Source of the DNA: Planctomycetota bacterium
GTDB lineage: Bacteria; Planctomycetota; UBA1135; JADKAF01
Assembly: GCA_016719295.1 (NCBI GenBank)
Contig: JADKAF010000002.1
Span: forward strand, 98,519 to 162,518
Direction of reading: 5' to 3'
Length of the DNA stretch: 64,000 bases
The notes beneath the pieces were generated by a model, which was not told where the DNA came from, did not search any database, and was given only the letters and a program-made list of their open reading frames with translations. This document shows positions 1 through 10,442 of this stretch, in pieces (position 1 is the first letter of the stretch; each line of letters starts with the position of its first letter). Both the position numbers and the translations under genes were made by a program.

Positions 1-186
1 TCGGCAGCAATCGGTAGAGCGGCATCTGGCCGCCCTCGAACGCTGCCTTGGCGGACCAACCCGAGCGGGCGCGCTGGCCCTTGTGGCCCTTGCCCGAGGT
101 CTTGCCGAGCCCCGAGCCGGGACCGCGGCCCACGCGCTTGCGGACAGCGTTCTTCTCGCCAGCGGCGCGAACGGTCTTCAGGTCCA
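1..186 (-). CDS. rplO: 50S ribosomal protein L15, N-terminal part (gene continues beyond the window start)
   Basis: Reverse complement of 1..186 reads [43 protein letters not shown]..., the Gly-rich L15 N-terminus. Its ATG (186..184) directly abuts the rpsE stop (189..187). Confidence 0.85.
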
Positions 187-705
187 TCAGAGCTTCACTC
201 CTCGCAGCTCTTCGACTTCGTCGCGGCTGCGCAGCTGAGCCAGGGCATCGAAGGTCGCCTTGGTCAGGTTGATCGGGTTGGTCGAACCGTACGCCTTGGT
301 GAGCACATCGCGGATACCCGCGAGCTCCAGCACCGCGCGCGTCGCAGCCCCGGCGATGATACCCGTACCGGGTGCCGCCGGGATGATACGCACGCGAGAG
401 GCTCCGAACTGCCCCTCCATCTGGTGCGGGATGGTCTTGTCGACGCGGCGGACGTGCATCAGATGCTTGCGCCCGTCCTTCACGGCCTTCTCGACCGCCG
501 ACGGTACGTCGCGGGCCTTGCCGTAGCCGATGCCGACGGTGCCGTTGCGATTGCCGACGACGACGAGCGCGGAGAAGGAGAAGCGGCGCCCGCCCTTGAC
601 CACCGCGGCGCTGCGGTTGATGCGCACGACGACCTGGGACTCGCGATCCCCCAGGTCGATCTCCTGGGCTTCGCGATGATCGAGGTATTGGATTTCGGTC
701 TTCAT
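187..705 (-). CDS. rpsE: 30S ribosomal protein S5
   Basis: ORF 187..723 carries S5 hallmarks ([25 protein letters not shown]). Start trimmed to ATG 705 (MKTEIQ), which is preceded by GAGGAA. Position in spc-operon order. Confidence 0.93.
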   Translation of the reverse strand: MKTEIQYLDHREAQEIDLGDRESQVVVRINRSAAVVKGGRRFSFSALVVVGNRNGTVGIGYGKARDVPSAVEKAVKDGRKHLMHVRRVDKTIPHQMEGQFGASRVRIIPAAPGTGIIAGAATRAVLELAGIRDVLTKAYGSTNPINLTKATFDALAQLRSRDEVEELRGVKL

Positions 706-757
706 CGAGGTTCCTCGGAGCACGCGCGGCGATCAGGCCGCTCGGGCTCGCGGCACA

Positions 758-1123
758 TCAGAACTGGAGCCCGCTCTTGCGTGCCCCGTCGGCCAGCGCC
801 TTGACGCGCCCGTGGTACTTGTAGGGTCCGCGGTCGAACACGACCTTGGTCACGCCGGCGTCCTTCGCGCGCTGCGCGACGAGCTCGCCGATGCGCGTCG
901 CACGCTCGGACTTCGTGCCTTTCGTGCCGCTGCGGAAGTCGGCTTCGCAAGTGGAGGCAGCAACCAGCGTACGGCCAGCGACATCGTCGATGACCTGGGC
1001 GCTGATGTGCTTGCACGAGCGGAAGACATGGAGGCGCGGCCTCTCGGCCGAGCCGCGGGTCCGACGACGCACGCGGAGCTTCCGGCGGAGGCGCGTGGCC
1101 TGCAGTCGCTTCAGTCTGTTCAT
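758..1123 (-). CDS. rplR: 50S ribosomal protein L18
   Basis: The last 121 aa of ORF 758..1600 ([20 protein letters not shown]...[20 protein letters not shown]) are L18. ATG at 1123. The upstream part of the ORF overlaps rplF in another frame. Confidence 0.92.
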   Translation of the reverse strand: MNRLKRLQATRLRRKLRVRRRTRGSAERPRLHVFRSCKHISAQVIDDVAGRTLVAASTCEADFRSGTKGTKSERATRIGELVAQRAKDAGVTKVVFDRGPYKYHGRVKALADGARKSGLQF

Positions 1124-1269
1124 GACTCTGGGTTCCGACTTCTTCAGGGCCGGGCGGATGTAGTCCGGCCGATGTGGTTCCGGGTAGGCACGCCGCCGAG
1201 CTGCCGGCAGCGATCGCTGGCGACTTCGTCGGCATCCGCGAGAGGAGGACGCGCGACGAAGCGAATGCG

Positions 1270-1812
1270 CTAGCTGCCGAAGGCCTTGCCGGACTTGCGG
1301 CGGATGATCTCTTCGGCGTACTTGATGCCCTTGCCCTTGTAGGGCTCGGGCGGGCGGACCTTGCGGATCCGGGCGGCGAACTGGCCGACCGCCTGCTTGT
1401 CGATGCCGGAGATCGTGATCGTGGTGTTCGTCGGGCAGACGACGTCGATGCCCTTCGGGGGAGCCACCTTCACGGTGTGCGCGAAGCCGACGCTCAGGAC
1501 GAGGGTCTTGCCTTCGAGCTTCACGTTCCAGCCGACCCCGTGGATCTCGAGCTTCTTCTCGAAGCCCTTGGTCACGCCGGCCACCATGTTCGCGAGGCAA
1601 GCGCGCGTCAGGCCGTGAATCGCGCTCACTTCGCGACCGCCTTCGCCCGAGGGCTCGACCAAGGCCTGGCCGCCCTCGACACGCAGCTTTACCTGCGGAT
1701 AGAGCGGGAAGTTGAGGGAGCCCTTGGGGCCCTTCACTTCGATGTTCTCGTTGCCGGAGGTCACCGAGACTCCGGTCGGGAGGGGAACGGGTTTCTTGCC
1801 GATGCGGGACAT
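1270..1812 (-). CDS. rplF: 50S ribosomal protein L6
   Basis: 180-aa ORF starting [12 protein letters not shown] with the ending ...[11 protein letters not shown]. Operon position between rpsH and rplR. Confidence 0.93.
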   Translation of the reverse strand: MSRIGKKPVPLPTGVSVTSGNENIEVKGPKGSLNFPLYPQVKLRVEGGQALVEPSGEGGREVSAIHGLTRACLANMVAGVTKGFEKKLEIHGVGWNVKLEGKTLVLSVGFAHTVKVAPPKGIDVVCPTNTTITISGIDKQAVGQFAARIRKVRPPEPYKGKGIKYAEEIIRRKSGKAFGS

Positions 1813-1921
1813 GATCGCGTCCTCAGGGGCCGACGCATCGAGCGTCCGGCCAGGGAATCTTCGCTGTTCTCATCGCTGATCGAGACGGCGCGCGCAGCCT
1901 GCTGGAGCGCGCCGCGCCCGA

Positions 1922-2314
1922 TCAGTACACCACGCAGAGCACCTCGCCGCCGACCTTCTGCTCGCGAGCCTTGCGGTCCGAGATGATGCCGTGCGGGGTG
2001 GAAAGGATGGCAATGCCGAGGCCGCCGAGCACCTTGGGCAGATCGCGGAAGCCGCTGTAGACGCGGCAGCCGGGCTTGCTCGTGCGGCGGATGCTCTGGA
2101 TCACGCGCTCCCCGTTGCGGCCGTACTTCAAGTGCACGCGGAGATTGCGCTCCTCGGGCTGCACGTCGTAGTCGGCGATGTAGCCCTCGTCCTTCAGGAT
2201 CGCGGCAACGCCGAGCTTGATCCTGGAGAGAGGGACGTCGACGGTCGGCTTCCGCACGTCATTGCCGTTGCGGATTCGCGTCAACATGTCCGCAATGGGA
2301 TCGGTCATGGTCAT
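1922..2314 (-). CDS. rpsH: 30S ribosomal protein S8
   Basis: 130-aa ORF with DPIADMLTRIRNG and a C-terminal GGEVLCVVY. GGAGGAG lies 7 nt upstream. Confidence 0.93.
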   Translation of the reverse strand: MTMTDPIADMLTRIRNGNDVRKPTVDVPLSRIKLGVAAILKDEGYIADYDVQPEERNLRVHLKYGRNGERVIQSIRRTSKPGCRVYSGFRDLPKVLGGLGIAILSTPHGIISDRKAREQKVGGEVLCVVY

Positions 2315-2620
2315 GGACGATGCTCCTCCAAAGCCCGGCTAGGCTCGATGCGCTCCGAGCGAGCCACGGGGCTGCGCTCGGCGATCGATCTCAGAGCCTT
2401 TGGACTTCGAGTGACGTTCCGATCTCTATCAGTCGGGTTCGGGTCGAGGAGAGGACCGAGTGGGTCGCCTGCATTCCGTGGAGCGCACGCTCCGAATCTC
2501 GGTGCAGGACCTTCACTCGTTCTCCGGGAGAGCTACAGCGGATCGGTTTCGGCAGCTCGCAACGGATCACCGATGCGTGGGGCCGGACGAAGCCGTTCCT
2601 GATCAGTTACGCGGCCCGGC

Positions 2621-3160
2621 TCAGCGCCGGAACGGGAAGCCGAAACCCTCGAGCAGGGCAACGCCCTCCTCGTCGGTCTCGGCGGTGGTGACCATGGTGA
2701 TGTTCATCCCTTGGGAGAACTCCACCTTGTCGAGGTCGATCTCGGGGAACACGGTCTGTTCCCCCAAGCCGACCGAGTAGTTGCCACGGCCGTCGAACTT
2801 CTTGGGCAAGCCACGGAAGTCGCGGATGCGCGGAGCGACGATGTGGATGAAGCGCTCGAGGAACTCGTACATCCGTTCCCCGCGCAGCGTCACGGAGACG
2901 CCGATCGGCTGGCCCTGGCGCAGCTTGAAACCGGCGACGGACTTCTTGGCTTTGCGGACCACCGGCTTTTGGCCGGCGATAGCGCCCAAGTCCTTCGCCG
3001 CCTTCTCGACGCGGCTCTTGTTCTCGATCGCCTTGCCGATACCCATGCTGATCACGATCTTCTCCAGCTTAGGCACCTGCATGGTGTTCTTGTAGCCGAA
3101 GCGCTGCGTGAGCTGCTTGTGGATTTCGGACTGGTATTTGGTCTGGAGAGTGGTGGCCAT
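2621..3160 (-). CDS. rplE: 50S ribosomal protein L5
   Basis: 179-aa ORF with [13 protein letters not shown] and RDFRGL motifs typical of L5. Confidence 0.93.
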   Translation of the reverse strand: MATTLQTKYQSEIHKQLTQRFGYKNTMQVPKLEKIVISMGIGKAIENKSRVEKAAKDLGAIAGQKPVVRKAKKSVAGFKLRQGQPIGVSVTLRGERMYEFLERFIHIVAPRIRDFRGLPKKFDGRGNYSVGLGEQTVFPEIDLDKVEFSQGMNITMVTTAETDEEGVALLEGFGFPFRR

Positions 3161-3236
3161 CGTGGGGCCCTCTGGCGTTCGCAGAGGCGCTTGAGGAGAG
3201 AGAGCTCGGGGAGCGGACTACGGCGGACTCGCCTGA

Positions 3237-3500
3237 TCAGGCGTTGAGGTCCTTCCGCTTCTTCACGACCTTCTGGGCCTTCTCGTCCCAGAGCGCGACG
3301 TTGGAGACGTGGATCGGCGCTTCCTGCTCGATCTCGCCGCCCTTCGGGTTCTGCTGCGTCTTCTTCAGGCGCTTCTTGCGCACGTTGACGCCTTCGACAA
3401 CCACGCGGTCCTCGGCGCGCAAGATCTTGCTGATCTTGCCCGTCTTGCCCTTGTGGTTACCCGAGATGACCTTTACCAGGTCGCCGGATCGGACGTGCAT
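3237..3500 (-). CDS. rplX: 50S ribosomal protein L24
   Basis: KOW motif [18 protein letters not shown]. The ATG at 3500 overlaps the rplN stop (TGATG). The extra first codon in the ORF track is a GTG. Confidence 0.9.
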   Translation of the reverse strand: MHVRSGDLVKVISGNHKGKTGKISKILRAEDRVVVEGVNVRKKRLKKTQQNPKGGEIEQEAPIHVSNVALWDEKAQKVVKKRKDLNA

Positions 3501-3868
3501 CACACCACCTCGGTCGCCAGCGAGACGATCTTCATGAAGCCCTTGTCGCGGAGCTCGCGGGCGACCGCACCGAAGATGCGGGTGCCACGCGGGTTCTTGC
3601 TGTCATCGACGAGCACCATGGCGTTCTTGTCGAAGCGCACGTAGGAGCCGTCCGAGCGGCGGATGTTGCGCGCGGTGCGGACCACGACGCCCTTCACCAC
3701 GGCGCCCTGCTTGATCTCGCTGCCGGCCTGCACCTTCTTCACGGAGGCCACGATGATGTCGCCGACCGACCCGTAGCGGCGCCTAGTGCCGCCCAGGACC
3801 TTGATGCACATCACCGTCTTGGCGCCGGTGTTGTCGGCAACCTCGAGGCGCGTCTGTTGCTGGATCAT
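3500..3868 (-). CDS. rplN: 50S ribosomal protein L14
   Basis: 122-aa [20 protein letters not shown]...[11 protein letters not shown], a canonical L14. Confidence 0.95.
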   Translation of the reverse strand: MIQQQTRLEVADNTGAKTVMCIKVLGGTRRRYGSVGDIIVASVKKVQAGSEIKQGAVVKGVVVRTARNIRRSDGSYVRFDKNAMVLVDDSKNPRGTRIFGAVARELRDKGFMKIVSLATEVV

Positions 3869-4008
3869 GGCTGGATCTCGTTCTGTTTCTCGGCCGTGAT
3901 CTCGGCTCCGCGGAGCCGAGGTTCAGGGCGTATTCGGTTGGTCGGGCCGGAGCTAGCGGGCGCGGGTCGGAGCTTCGCTCCGTCACCACGCATCCGCGCG
4001 GGCTCCGC

Positions 4009-4287
4009 TCAGGCCTGCTTCGGCGCGCTCTGGACGATGCGTACGAGGCGCCAGCGCTTCAGCTTGCTCAGCGGCCGGGTCTGCATGACCTCGACCATGT
4101 CGCCGGTGCGCGCTTCATTGTTCTCGTCGTGAGCGTGGAGACGCGTGTAACGACGGATGAACTTGCCGTACTTCGCGTGTCGCTCGAGCCGCGTCACCTG
4201 CACGGTGATGGACTTCTCCATCTTGTCGGAGGTGACTTGGCCGATCAGCGTTCGGCGCTGGGCGCGTTCTGAGGTCTGCTCGCTCAT
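4009..4287 (-). CDS. rpsQ: 30S ribosomal protein S17
   Basis: 92-aa ORF with [16 protein letters not shown] and [11 protein letters not shown], an S17 OB-fold pattern. Confidence 0.92.
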   Translation of the reverse strand: MSEQTSERAQRRTLIGQVTSDKMEKSITVQVTRLERHAKYGKFIRRYTRLHAHDENNEARTGDMVEVMQTRPLSKLKRWRLVRIVQSAPKQA

Positions 4288-4549
4288 CGTTGGTCGTCAG
4301 GTTCGCCTCTGCGCGACTAGGTCGCCGAGGCTGCGGGATTCGTGGCTCAAGAGACCGGATCCTGAGGATCCGGTAGGTCGCTCGACGGTTTGGATCCTCA
4401 GAGTCGGCCCGTCGCGCTACGGGCCGGATCCTCGAGATCCGGTTCGTCGCTCGGCGGACCAGCTCGCCTGGATCCGATTCGGGGTCTGGTGCGCCGTGGG
4501 GCGAAGGCGACTGCGGCAGAGCCGCGAGGCGCCCAAGCCCCCCTCAGGC

Positions 4550-4765
4550 TCAGCTCCGCGGTTTCTCGCCGCGCACGCCGAGCTTGCGCTCCTGGAGGAT
4601 GGTGAGGATGCGCGCGATGGTCCGGCGGGTCTCCCCGACGGCCGAGGGATTCTGGTCCCCACCGACCGACTGCTTGAGGCGAAGGTCGAAGAGGCGCCGA
4701 CGCGCGTTGCGGAGGTCGAACTCGAGCTCCGCATCCGTCTTGGTCTTCAGTTCGGACGATCTCAT
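4550..4765 (-). CDS. rpmC: 50S ribosomal protein L29
   Basis: 71-aa ORF MRSSELKTKTDAELEFDLRNARRRLFDLRLKQ, an L29 helical hairpin pattern. Sits between rplP and rpsQ. Confidence 0.9.
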   Translation of the reverse strand: MRSSELKTKTDAELEFDLRNARRRLFDLRLKQSVGGDQNPSAVGETRRTIARILTILQERKLGVRGEKPRS

Positions 4766-4822
4766 GTTGGGTCTTCCTGTGTACCGGGGGCCGCTGAGCG
4801 ACCGCGTGGATCACCGGACTAG

Positions 4823-5242
4823 CTACTCGCCGAACTCGATGCGGCGCACGAAGCGCACGCGAACCGGCATCTTGTGGGCCACGCGGTTGAACGCGGCGCG
4901 AGCCGCAGCTTCCGTGCAACCACCCAGCTCGTACAGCATCGTTCCGGGCTTCACGACCGCGCACCAGTAGTCCACCTCTCCCTTGCCGGTACCCATGCGG
5001 GTCTCGGCCGGGCGAGCGGTCACCGACTTCTGCGGGAAGATGCGGATCCAGAGCCGGCTATCCGGCGCCGTACGGACGGCAGCGATGCGGCCCGCTTCGA
5101 TCTGTCGCGCGTCGATCCAACCCGGGTCCAGGGATTGGAGGCCGAACTCGCCGAAGGAAACGCGGTTGCCGCGGGTTGCTTTGCCGCGGATCTTGCCGCG
5201 CTGCATCTTGCGGAACTTGACCCTATTGGGCATCAGAGCCAC
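4823..5242 (-). CDS. rplP: 50S ribosomal protein L16
   Basis: 139-aa ORF (M)ALMPNRVKFRKMQRGKIRG. GTG at 5242 lies 3 nt after the rpsC stop. An alternative ATG is at 5233. Confidence 0.93.
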   Translation of the reverse strand: MALMPNRVKFRKMQRGKIRGKATRGNRVSFGEFGLQSLDPGWIDARQIEAGRIAAVRTAPDSRLWIRIFPQKSVTARPAETRMGTGKGEVDYWCAVVKPGTMLYELGGCTEAAARAAFNRVAHKMPVRVRFVRRIEFGE

Positions 5243-5245
5243 GGC

Positions 5246-5956
5246 TCACCTCCTCCCTTCGTTGCCGGGCCGCGGTCCGCGCGGACCGCCGGGTCCGAGA
5301 CGACGCTGCTGCACGGGCTGGCGCTCGGGATCGCCGTAGTTGCCCTTGTAGATCCAGACCTTGACGCCGATCGCGCCGTAGGTCGTGAAGGCCTGCGAGA
5401 AGCCGTAGTCGATCTGCGCCTGCAGCGTGTTCAGCGGGATACGGCCTTCGCGCGCCTTCTCGGTGCGGGACATCTCCGCGCCCCCGAGACGACCGGAAGC
5501 TTCGACCTTCACGCCGAGAGCGCCGGCCTGCATGGTCGTCTGGATGGCCTTCTTGATCGCCTTGCGGAACGCAGCGCGCTTCTCGAGCGCACCCGCGATC
5601 TCCTCGGCGACGAGGCCGGCCTCCATCTCGGGACGCTTGATGTCGCGCACGAAGAGATGAACGGTCCCCTTGGTGACCTGCTCGAGGGACTCCTTCAGCT
5701 TGTCGACGTTCGCCCCCTTGCGGCCGAGCAGGACGCCCGGACGCGCGGTGTGGATGAAGACGTTGACCGCTTCCGAAGTCCGCTCGATCTCGATGCGCGG
5801 GATCCCCGCCGAGCGGTAGTGTTTCTTGATGTGCGCGCGGATCGCGTGGTCCTGCTTCAGGAAGGACGCGTAGTCCTTCGCGGTCGCATACCAGCGGGAG
5901 CGCCAGTTCTCGGTGATCCCGATGCGGAACCCGAGCGGGTGAATCTTTTGGCCCAT
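5246..5956 (-). CDS. rpsC: 30S ribosomal protein S3
   Basis: 236-aa ORF MGQKIHPLGFRIGI with a KH domain, plus a Gly/Pro/Arg-rich C-terminal tail. Confidence 0.94.
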   Translation of the reverse strand: MGQKIHPLGFRIGITENWRSRWYATAKDYASFLKQDHAIRAHIKKHYRSAGIPRIEIERTSEAVNVFIHTARPGVLLGRKGANVDKLKESLEQVTKGTVHLFVRDIKRPEMEAGLVAEEIAGALEKRAAFRKAIKKAIQTTMQAGALGVKVEASGRLGGAEMSRTEKAREGRIPLNTLQAQIDYGFSQAFTTYGAIGVKVWIYKGNYGDPERQPVQQRRLGPGGPRGPRPGNEGRR

Positions 5957-5959
5957 GGG

Positions 5960-6361
5960 TTACACCTGCTCCTTCGCAGCGCCAGCGGCGGCCTTCTTGC
6001 CCTTGCTCTTGGCGGCGGCGTCCTCACCGAGCACCACGTGGATGTGGCACGTGCGCTTGCGGATCGGGTGAGCTCGTCCCATCGGACCCGGTCGGAAGCG
6101 GAGGCGCCCCTGGAGGAGCGGGCCGCTGTCGACGAAGGTCTCGCGCACGACCAGGCGGTTCACATTGACCTCGGGATCCTGCGCGGCGTTGGCCACCGCG
6201 GAACGGAGCACCTTCTCGACGAAGTATGCCGCGCGCTTCGGGCAGAAGCGGAGGATCTCGAAGGCCTTGTTCACGTCGGTGCCGCGGATCAGATCGACGA
6301 CCAGGCGCACCTTGCGCGGGCCGATCTGAGCGTAACGGTGAATGGCTTTGTGGGTCTGCAT
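5960..6361 (-). CDS. rplV: 50S ribosomal protein L22
   Basis: 133-aa ORF with IGPRKVRLVVDLIRG and GPMGRAHPIRKRTCHI, followed by a Lys/Ala-rich tail. Confidence 0.92.
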   Translation of the reverse strand: MQTHKAIHRYAQIGPRKVRLVVDLIRGTDVNKAFEILRFCPKRAAYFVEKVLRSAVANAAQDPEVNVNRLVVRETFVDSGPLLQGRLRFRPGPMGRAHPIRKRTCHIHVVLGEDAAAKSKGKKAAAGAAKEQV

Positions 6362-6435
6362 GGGAATGCGTGGTTGCTGGCTCGCTCGCTCATCGAGCCC
6401 GCTTCACAGCGGCCTCGTCGCTCGAGCGGCGCGCC

Positions 6436-6717
6436 TTACTTGGCTGCGACCGCCTTCTTGTTGCCGCTGTGACCGCGGAACGTGCGGGTCGGGGCGAACT
6501 CGCCCAGCTTGTGGCCCACCATCTCCTCGGAGACGTAGACCTTCACGTGCTTGCGGCCGTCGTGAACCATGAAGGTCAGGCCCACGAAGTCGGGCAGGAT
6601 CGTGCACGAGCGAGCCCAGGTGGTGATCGGCGAAGGGTTGGCTTCGCTGCGTGCGCGGACGACCTTGCGCATCACCTTGGCGTCGATGAACGGACCTTTC
6701 TTGACGCTGCGAGTCAC
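6436..6717 (-). CDS. rpsS: 30S ribosomal protein S19
   Basis: 93-aa [15 protein letters not shown]...[16 protein letters not shown]. Confidence 0.94.
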   Translation of the reverse strand: MTRSVKKGPFIDAKVMRKVVRARSEANPSPITTWARSCTILPDFVGLTFMVHDGRKHVKVYVSEEMVGHKLGEFAPTRTFRGHSGNKKAVAAK

Positions 6718-6914
6718 TCGAGGAGCTCCCGTGGTCTCCCGCCGCGTGCCCCTGAGGGAGACGCGGCGTTCGACGGCATTCGGTTCTAGAAGAGGCTGTC
6801 GGTCCTAGGAACGAGAGGCGTATCGGACCTGTCGGTGGTTCAGGAGTGCGACCGAGCGCAGCGCGCTCGGTCGTAGGTCGCGCTCGCGCTCGAGGGCGCG
6901 AGGCGCGCATCCGG

Positions 6915-7742
6915 TCACTTCTTGCGGCGACGCAGGATGAACGGATCCGAGCGGTTCTTGCGCTTGCGCGTCTTCCCGCCCTTCGAAAGCACACCCGTCG
7001 GCGAGCAGGGGTGACGGCCCCCGGCAGTTCGACCTTCGCCCCCACCCATCGGGTGAGCGACCGGGTTCTGCGCGGTGCCGCGAACCTTGGGCCGGAGCCC
7101 CATGTGACGCGAGCGACCAGCCTTGCCGAGGCTCACGTTCTGGTGATCGAGGTTGCCGATCTGCCCGATCGTCGCGCGGCAGCGCACATGGATGCGTCGC
7201 AGCTCGCCCGAGGGCATGATGATCGTCGCGTACTCGCCTTCGCGAGCCGAGAGCCGCGCGACGCAGCCGGCGCTGCGCGCGAGCTTGCCACCGGCCCCCG
7301 GTAGCATCTCGATGTTGTGCACTTCGAGACCGACCGGGATGTTGAGCAGCGGGAGGCAGTTGCCGAGCTTGGGCTCGACGCTTTCGCCCGAAGCGATCTC
7401 CTGTCCGACCTGCAGGCCGAGGGGCGCGAGGATGTAGCGCTTCTCGCCGTCAGCGTATTGGACGAGGGCGATGTTCGCCGTGCGGATCGGGTCGTACTCG
7501 ATCCCGACCACCTTGGCGGTGACGCCGTCCTTGTCGCGCTTGAAGTCGATCTTGCGGTAGTGCTTCTTCGCGCCACCACCACGACGGCGGATCGTGATCC
7601 GCCCTTGGTTGTTGCGTCCGCTGCAGCGAACCATCGGTTCGAGCAGGCTCTTCTCCGGCTCGTGCTTGGTGATCTCCTCGTACTCGAGCGAGGAGCCGAA
7701 GCGTCGGCCAGCCGAAGTCGGGTTGTATTTGCGAATGCCCAT
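6915..7742 (-). CDS. rplB: 50S ribosomal protein L2
   Basis: ORF 6915..7823 trimmed to ATG 7742 ([14 protein letters not shown]). The conserved [18 protein letters not shown] is present. Confidence 0.94.
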   Translation of the reverse strand: MGIRKYNPTSAGRRFGSSLEYEEITKHEPEKSLLEPMVRCSGRNNQGRITIRRRGGGAKKHYRKIDFKRDKDGVTAKVVGIEYDPIRTANIALVQYADGEKRYILAPLGLQVGQEIASGESVEPKLGNCLPLLNIPVGLEVHNIEMLPGAGGKLARSAGCVARLSAREGEYATIIMPSGELRRIHVRCRATIGQIGNLDHQNVSLGKAGRSRHMGLRPKVRGTAQNPVAHPMGGGEGRTAGGRHPCSPTGVLSKGGKTRKRKNRSDPFILRRRKK

Positions 7743-7768
7743 GTGAGTGGCTCCGTAGAGATCTGAGC

Positions 7769-8119
7769 TCAGACGAGCTCGATCTGCTGCCCCGGCTTGA
7801 GCGTGACGATGGCCTTCTTCCACTCGGGGGTGTTCCCCGCGTGATAGCCCCGCGCGTACGGCTTACCGTGCTTGGTGATCGTGTTCACGCGCTCGACCTG
7901 CACGTGGAACACCGTCTCGACCGCGCGGCGCACGTCGATCTTGTTGGCCCATTGCGGCACGCGGAAGTGGTACGCGCGGCGCTGCTCGGCGCCCTTGTTC
8001 ACCATGCGGACCGGCACCTTGCCTTCCGCTTCCTTGGTGCTCTTCTCGGTCGCCAGAGGCTGCCCGAGGATGCGGTACGCGCGCTCGAGCCACTGATCGG
8101 AGATCTGCTTGTCTACCAT
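7769..8119 (-). CDS. rplW: 50S ribosomal protein L23
   Basis: 116-aa ORF with L23-like [12 protein letters not shown] and [14 protein letters not shown]. Operon position between rplD and rplB. Confidence 0.88.
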   Translation of the reverse strand: MVDKQISDQWLERAYRILGQPLATEKSTKEAEGKVPVRMVNKGAEQRRAYHFRVPQWANKIDVRRAVETVFHVQVERVNTITKHGKPYARGYHAGNTPEWKKAIVTLKPGQQIELV

Positions 8120-8201
8120 GGTTCGTTGCTCCGGAGCGTTGCCGACCTCAGCGCCTCTCGGCGTAGCGATCGGGATCGTGCTCCGCTAGTGCGCTCGTGG
8201 A

Positions 8202-8846
8202 TCAGGCGCCCATCTTCTCGGCGGAGAGACCGACGCGCTCCCGCAGCTGCTCGAGCGCCTCGGAGGTCGCGAGCATGTGGCGGTAGAAGCAGACGTCGTA
8301 CGCGTTGAGGTCCTTGGCTTCACGCACGAGCACGCGCGGGAAGTTGCGGAACGACTTGTAGACTGCCTCGTCGGCGTGGTGCAGCACGATGAGGCAAGAG
8401 CCCGAAGCGCCGAGATCCGCGAGGACCTTGCGAGCCGCCTTGGCCGCGGGCGCGGCGAACGACAGCCCTTCGACGAGGCTGACCGCTCCGCCTTGGAGCT
8501 TGCCGGCGAGCGCAGCGCGAAGAGCCGCCAGACGCATCTTGCGTGGCATGCGCCAATCGTAGCTGCGAGGGTGCGGCCCGAAGACCGTGCCACCACCGCG
8601 CCAGATCGGCGACTTCTTCGAGCCCGCGCGGGCGCGGCCGGTGTGCTTCTGCTTCCAGGGCTTCTTGGTCGTGCCGGCGACGTCGCCGCGCTCCTTCGTC
8701 TGGGCGGTGCCCTGACGGAGATGCGCCTCGTACATCACGACGGCGTTCTTCAGGCTGCGCGCGAGCACGCGACCGAAAGGCTTCTCATCGACTTGCTTCG
8801 AGCCGACCTTGCCCGAGGCCACGCTGTAGTTCTTGATTTCGACCAT
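8202..8846 (-). CDS. rplD: 50S ribosomal protein L4
   Basis: 214-aa ORF with KPWKQKHTGRARAGSKKSPIWRGGGTVFGP. Confidence 0.93.
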   Translation of the reverse strand: MVEIKNYSVASGKVGSKQVDEKPFGRVLARSLKNAVVMYEAHLRQGTAQTKERGDVAGTTKKPWKQKHTGRARAGSKKSPIWRGGGTVFGPHPRSYDWRMPRKMRLAALRAALAGKLQGGAVSLVEGLSFAAPAAKAARKVLADLGASGSCLIVLHHADEAVYKSFRNFPRVLVREAKDLNAYDVCFYRHMLATSEALEQLRERVGLSAEKMGA

Positions 8847-8849
8847 GAC

Positions 8850-9554
8850 CTACTCCCCCTTCCCGGCGCCAGGGCCGAAAGAGAGCGCGAGGGTGGGAAC
8901 CTTGTCCGCGGACGGCGCTTTTCCGGTCTTCGCGGTGCGCACGTGGACGAGCGCGCCGTTGTAGCCGGGAACCGCACCGCGCACGAAGAGGAGATGGCGC
9001 TCGGCGTCGACCGCCACGAGCAGCAGGTTCTTCTGCGTGAAACGCGCGTCGCCGTAGTGCCCGCACATGCGACGGCCCTTCTGGACGCCCTTTGCCGGGT
9101 CGGCGGCAGCGCCGATCGAGCCGGGTCGGCGGTAGCTCATACCGCCGTGCGTCTTCGAGCCCGTCGTGAAGCCGTGGCGCTTCACCGTGCCGGCAAAGCC
9201 GCGCCCCTTCATCGTGCCGGTCACGTCGACCAGCATGCCGATCTTGAAGGTCTCGACGGTGACCTTGGACCCGACGGTCGGAGCGGCCTCGCCTTGCGCC
9301 AAGCGCTGCTCGCGCAGCACGCGCACCGGCTCGACGCCGACCTTCTTGAAGAAGGCGCTCTGCGGCTTGGCGAGGTGCTTCTCCTTCGCCGAGCCGAAGC
9401 CCATCTGGACAGCGCTGTAGCCGTCCTGCTCGATCGTGCGGACTTGCGTCACGACGCAAGGCCCCGCTTCGATCACCGTCACCGGCACGACATCGCCGCT
9501 CTCCGTGAAGAGCTGCGTCATGCCTTTCTTGCGACCCAGGATGTAACTCGTCAT
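8850..9554 (-). CDS. rplC: 50S ribosomal protein L3
   Basis: ORF 8850..9638 trimmed to ATG 9554 (MTSYILGRKKGMTQLF). FAGTVKRHGF is present. Confidence 0.93.
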   Translation of the reverse strand: MTSYILGRKKGMTQLFTESGDVVPVTVIEAGPCVVTQVRTIEQDGYSAVQMGFGSAKEKHLAKPQSAFFKKVGVEPVRVLREQRLAQGEAAPTVGSKVTVETFKIGMLVDVTGTMKGRGFAGTVKRHGFTTGSKTHGGMSYRRPGSIGAAADPAKGVQKGRRMCGHYGDARFTQKNLLLVAVDAERHLLFVRGAVPGYNGALVHVRTAKTGKAPSADKVPTLALSFGPGAGKGE

Positions 9555-10136
9555 CGCTCCCCCTCGGGGGCTTCCTCTTCTTCCGTGAGAGCTCTGGTTC
9601 GAGGAGAGCGGCTCTCGGCGGAGGACTTCCGGGAACACCCGCGGGCGCTAGACCCGCGAGCCCTGCGACACCGCGCGGGACCGTCCCGCACGCTTCGCAC
9701 CCGGCTCGGTGAAGGCTCGCTCGTAGCGTCGTGCGCGCGAAGCTTGCCTGCTAGCTCCGGTCCGTAGACCGACGAGCCAACGCAGCGGGCTCCGCCCTCC
9801 TCGGTTGCAAACCAACCGATGGAGACCGGAGCCCGTGACCTGACGCGATGATGCGGCGCGAAAGCGCACAGCTCACGAGGACGTGAGCCGCCACTGCGCA
9901 CCGCCGTATCGCGCAAGGCCTGAGGACCCCGGGACGTGCGGCACTCGAGTTGGAACCTCGAAAAGATCGGCGGTCGGGCCTCGCGCTCGACCGGGCCGCT
10001 CGCAGCGGCCGTCGGGATCAGCTCCCGACCTGGCTTCCCGGCCCGGCGCTCAGGCTTTGCTGCGCGCGGGCCATCGTGTTCGTTCCGCGCTGGCCAGCGT
10101 GCGCGGGTCGCCCCGCGCGCTCGGCCAGCTCGAGCA

Positions 10137-10442
<306 letters not shown>

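Noticed and set aside
2480-2570. Possible decayed rpsN remnant (peptide IRCELPKPIRC resembles NRCEL of long-type S14)
   Set aside because: The match is only 4-5 residues, with no zinc-ribbon cysteine pairs, no RKFGL or KASW motifs, and stops in all frames nearby. That is too weak to call a pseudogene.
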